From assembly GCA_973895155.1 (NCBI GenBank), contig OZ316894.1, positions 18,328,805-18,392,804 of the forward strand: DNA of 64,000 bases. The letters run 5' to 3'. This document shows, piece after piece, positions 62,531-64,000 of this stretch. The translations under genes were made by a program, and so were the position numbers. The stretch is from Marsupella aquatica. Lineage: Eukaryota > Plantae > Marchantiophyta. Positions within the stretch are counted from its first letter, which is position 1; each line of letters starts with the position of its first letter. The notes under the pieces were generated by a model. The model saw only the letters and a list, made by a program, of their open reading frames with translations. It was not told the DNA's origin and made no database searches.

Positions 62531-64000
62531 ACAACTCCTGGTATTTAAGGGCCCTGCCGTGCAACCGGGGTCCTTTAATTCTGTACTCTGCTGCCCAAGC
62601 CCACCTACCGCTGCTGCCCGAGCCCACCCTCCCGCAACGCTCCGAGCCTCACCTTCCTGACATGCGACATTTGCTCGTGATTGTATGCTAGTCCTGGGCT
62701 CCCTCTCTTGTGCTTATCCTGTGAAGGACTCGAAGATGTCACAAACAGATTTAATTTTTGCACAAATGTTTAGGAATTGCATCCTGCCAGTTGTGTTGTC
62801 CCTTCATCCTCAATGGCGGATGCTTCAAAGCTGTCGTCCTCCATGGCGAATGCATCAAGGTTGTCGTCCTCCCGTCTGCCTCCATGTCCAGTGCTCAATA
62901 GGTAAGGAGAAATTGTAGCATAAAGCCTGCAGCTTGATGCAGGTTCTCACCATGTCTCCGTTCCACTTTCTTGATGTCTGAAGTTTGTGTAATTGAAGTG
63001 ACCAAGGTCCCATCTATCTTGTAGCTGTCCAAAGTTGTGGTGTTTTTGTGAAGGGCGATCTGCAATCTAGACTCCAAGGTGATCAGCCGCTGACAATTCT
63101 TCAAGCTATTTCTCTTGCGTGGTTGCTTTGTGTCGATGCATCGTTGCTTTTATGACGTTCTATCATTCAGGAGTGGGATGATATATAAGGAGAGTCTGTG
63201 AGCTACGCTGTGAGAAGGCAAAGTGAGGAATTTGAGATTGTCAATTTTCCCATGGTCTCTCGGGTGGGTTTGACAGGAGAGCAGAGGAAACAAGAGGAGA
63301 TTTCTCTTTTTTGGTTATATACACCATGATATGGGGATGAAGCTCTTAGAGTTATCTCCCACACAACTCGTGAAATCAAGACTTCATTACATCCAAGATG
63401 CCTCTGGTACTTGACTAGAGGAGAAGAAGCCGTTACTTGAGAGCCTAGAGGCAAGGATTGATGACGGCGCGGCGATCCTCACAACTCATATAGATTCCTA
63501 TTTCACCGCAATTCAAAGCCACTGTACAACGATGGCTTCCTTTTCTTACATCTCTCGTGAGAAAATCTGTCATACTATGATTTGTTTTTTTCTGAGATGT
63601 CTCTTGAGAAACCCATGACAGTACGATTCGTTACTTTTCTTAGGTACCTTGAGAGATATAAGGAAAGTCTCCCGATGCAGGTTCTCATCATGAGACAAGA
63701 CTTTTGTTAGATCTCTCCTGAGAAATCAGAGCAAAATTATCTCTTTGTAGCCCAAATTGGTTATCATCCAGTCCAAGCCAATGGTGCCAGCTTATGCCAA
63801 GAGCAATGCTGTGAGATTGAGGTTTTCCTTCAGATTTATCATTGTCCAATTCTACCAACATTCGCAGCCATTTGTAATGCCTTCTTGGCTATGGCCGCCG
63901 ACCTTGGAGTAGTAGTCGTGCTCATCGTGCGGACTCTTTTGAGTACTCCTGCTCAATCTATAAGTGCATAAATGCATTTATCCCTTGTTGTAACATAACT

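Noticed and set aside
61000-63950. Possible LINE or MULE coding relics
   Set aside because: Only vague peptide fragments and no diagnostic motif could be read.

Overview
Eukaryotic nuclear DNA, almost certainly from a land plant and probably a non-seed plant such as a liverwort or moss (inferred from a SOSEKI with a C-terminal C2HC finger, a PFK5-type phosphofructokinase and GT-AG introns). Three intact spliced genes, all on the minus strand, were reconstructed by hand exon by exon with consistent phases; the ORF track shows them only in pieces. They are a SOSEKI polarity protein (14147-18613, 7 exons, 873 aa), cytochrome c oxidase subunit 5b (33773-36233, 6 exons, 176 aa) and an ATP-dependent 6-phosphofructokinase of the PFK5 type (52337-58522, 14 exons, probably with a further 5' coding exon at 59285-59468). 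Degenerate gene copies include a DNA polymerase delta catalytic subunit pseudogene (1-555), a muscleblind-type CCCH finger relic (about 48630-49770) and a possible SufB fragment (about 28110-28350). The most unusual feature is a complete 5.9 kb pogo-type DNA transposon (39995-45868, 25-bp TIRs, TA target duplication). Its DD37D transposase is preceded by a Cys-rich ORF whose stop overlaps the transposase ATG (TGATG), and it carries a further accessory ORF. The rest is MITEs, a tRNA-derived SINE, hAT and LINE relics, tandem duplications and a microsatellite. All family assignments are from recognised motifs; no database search was run.
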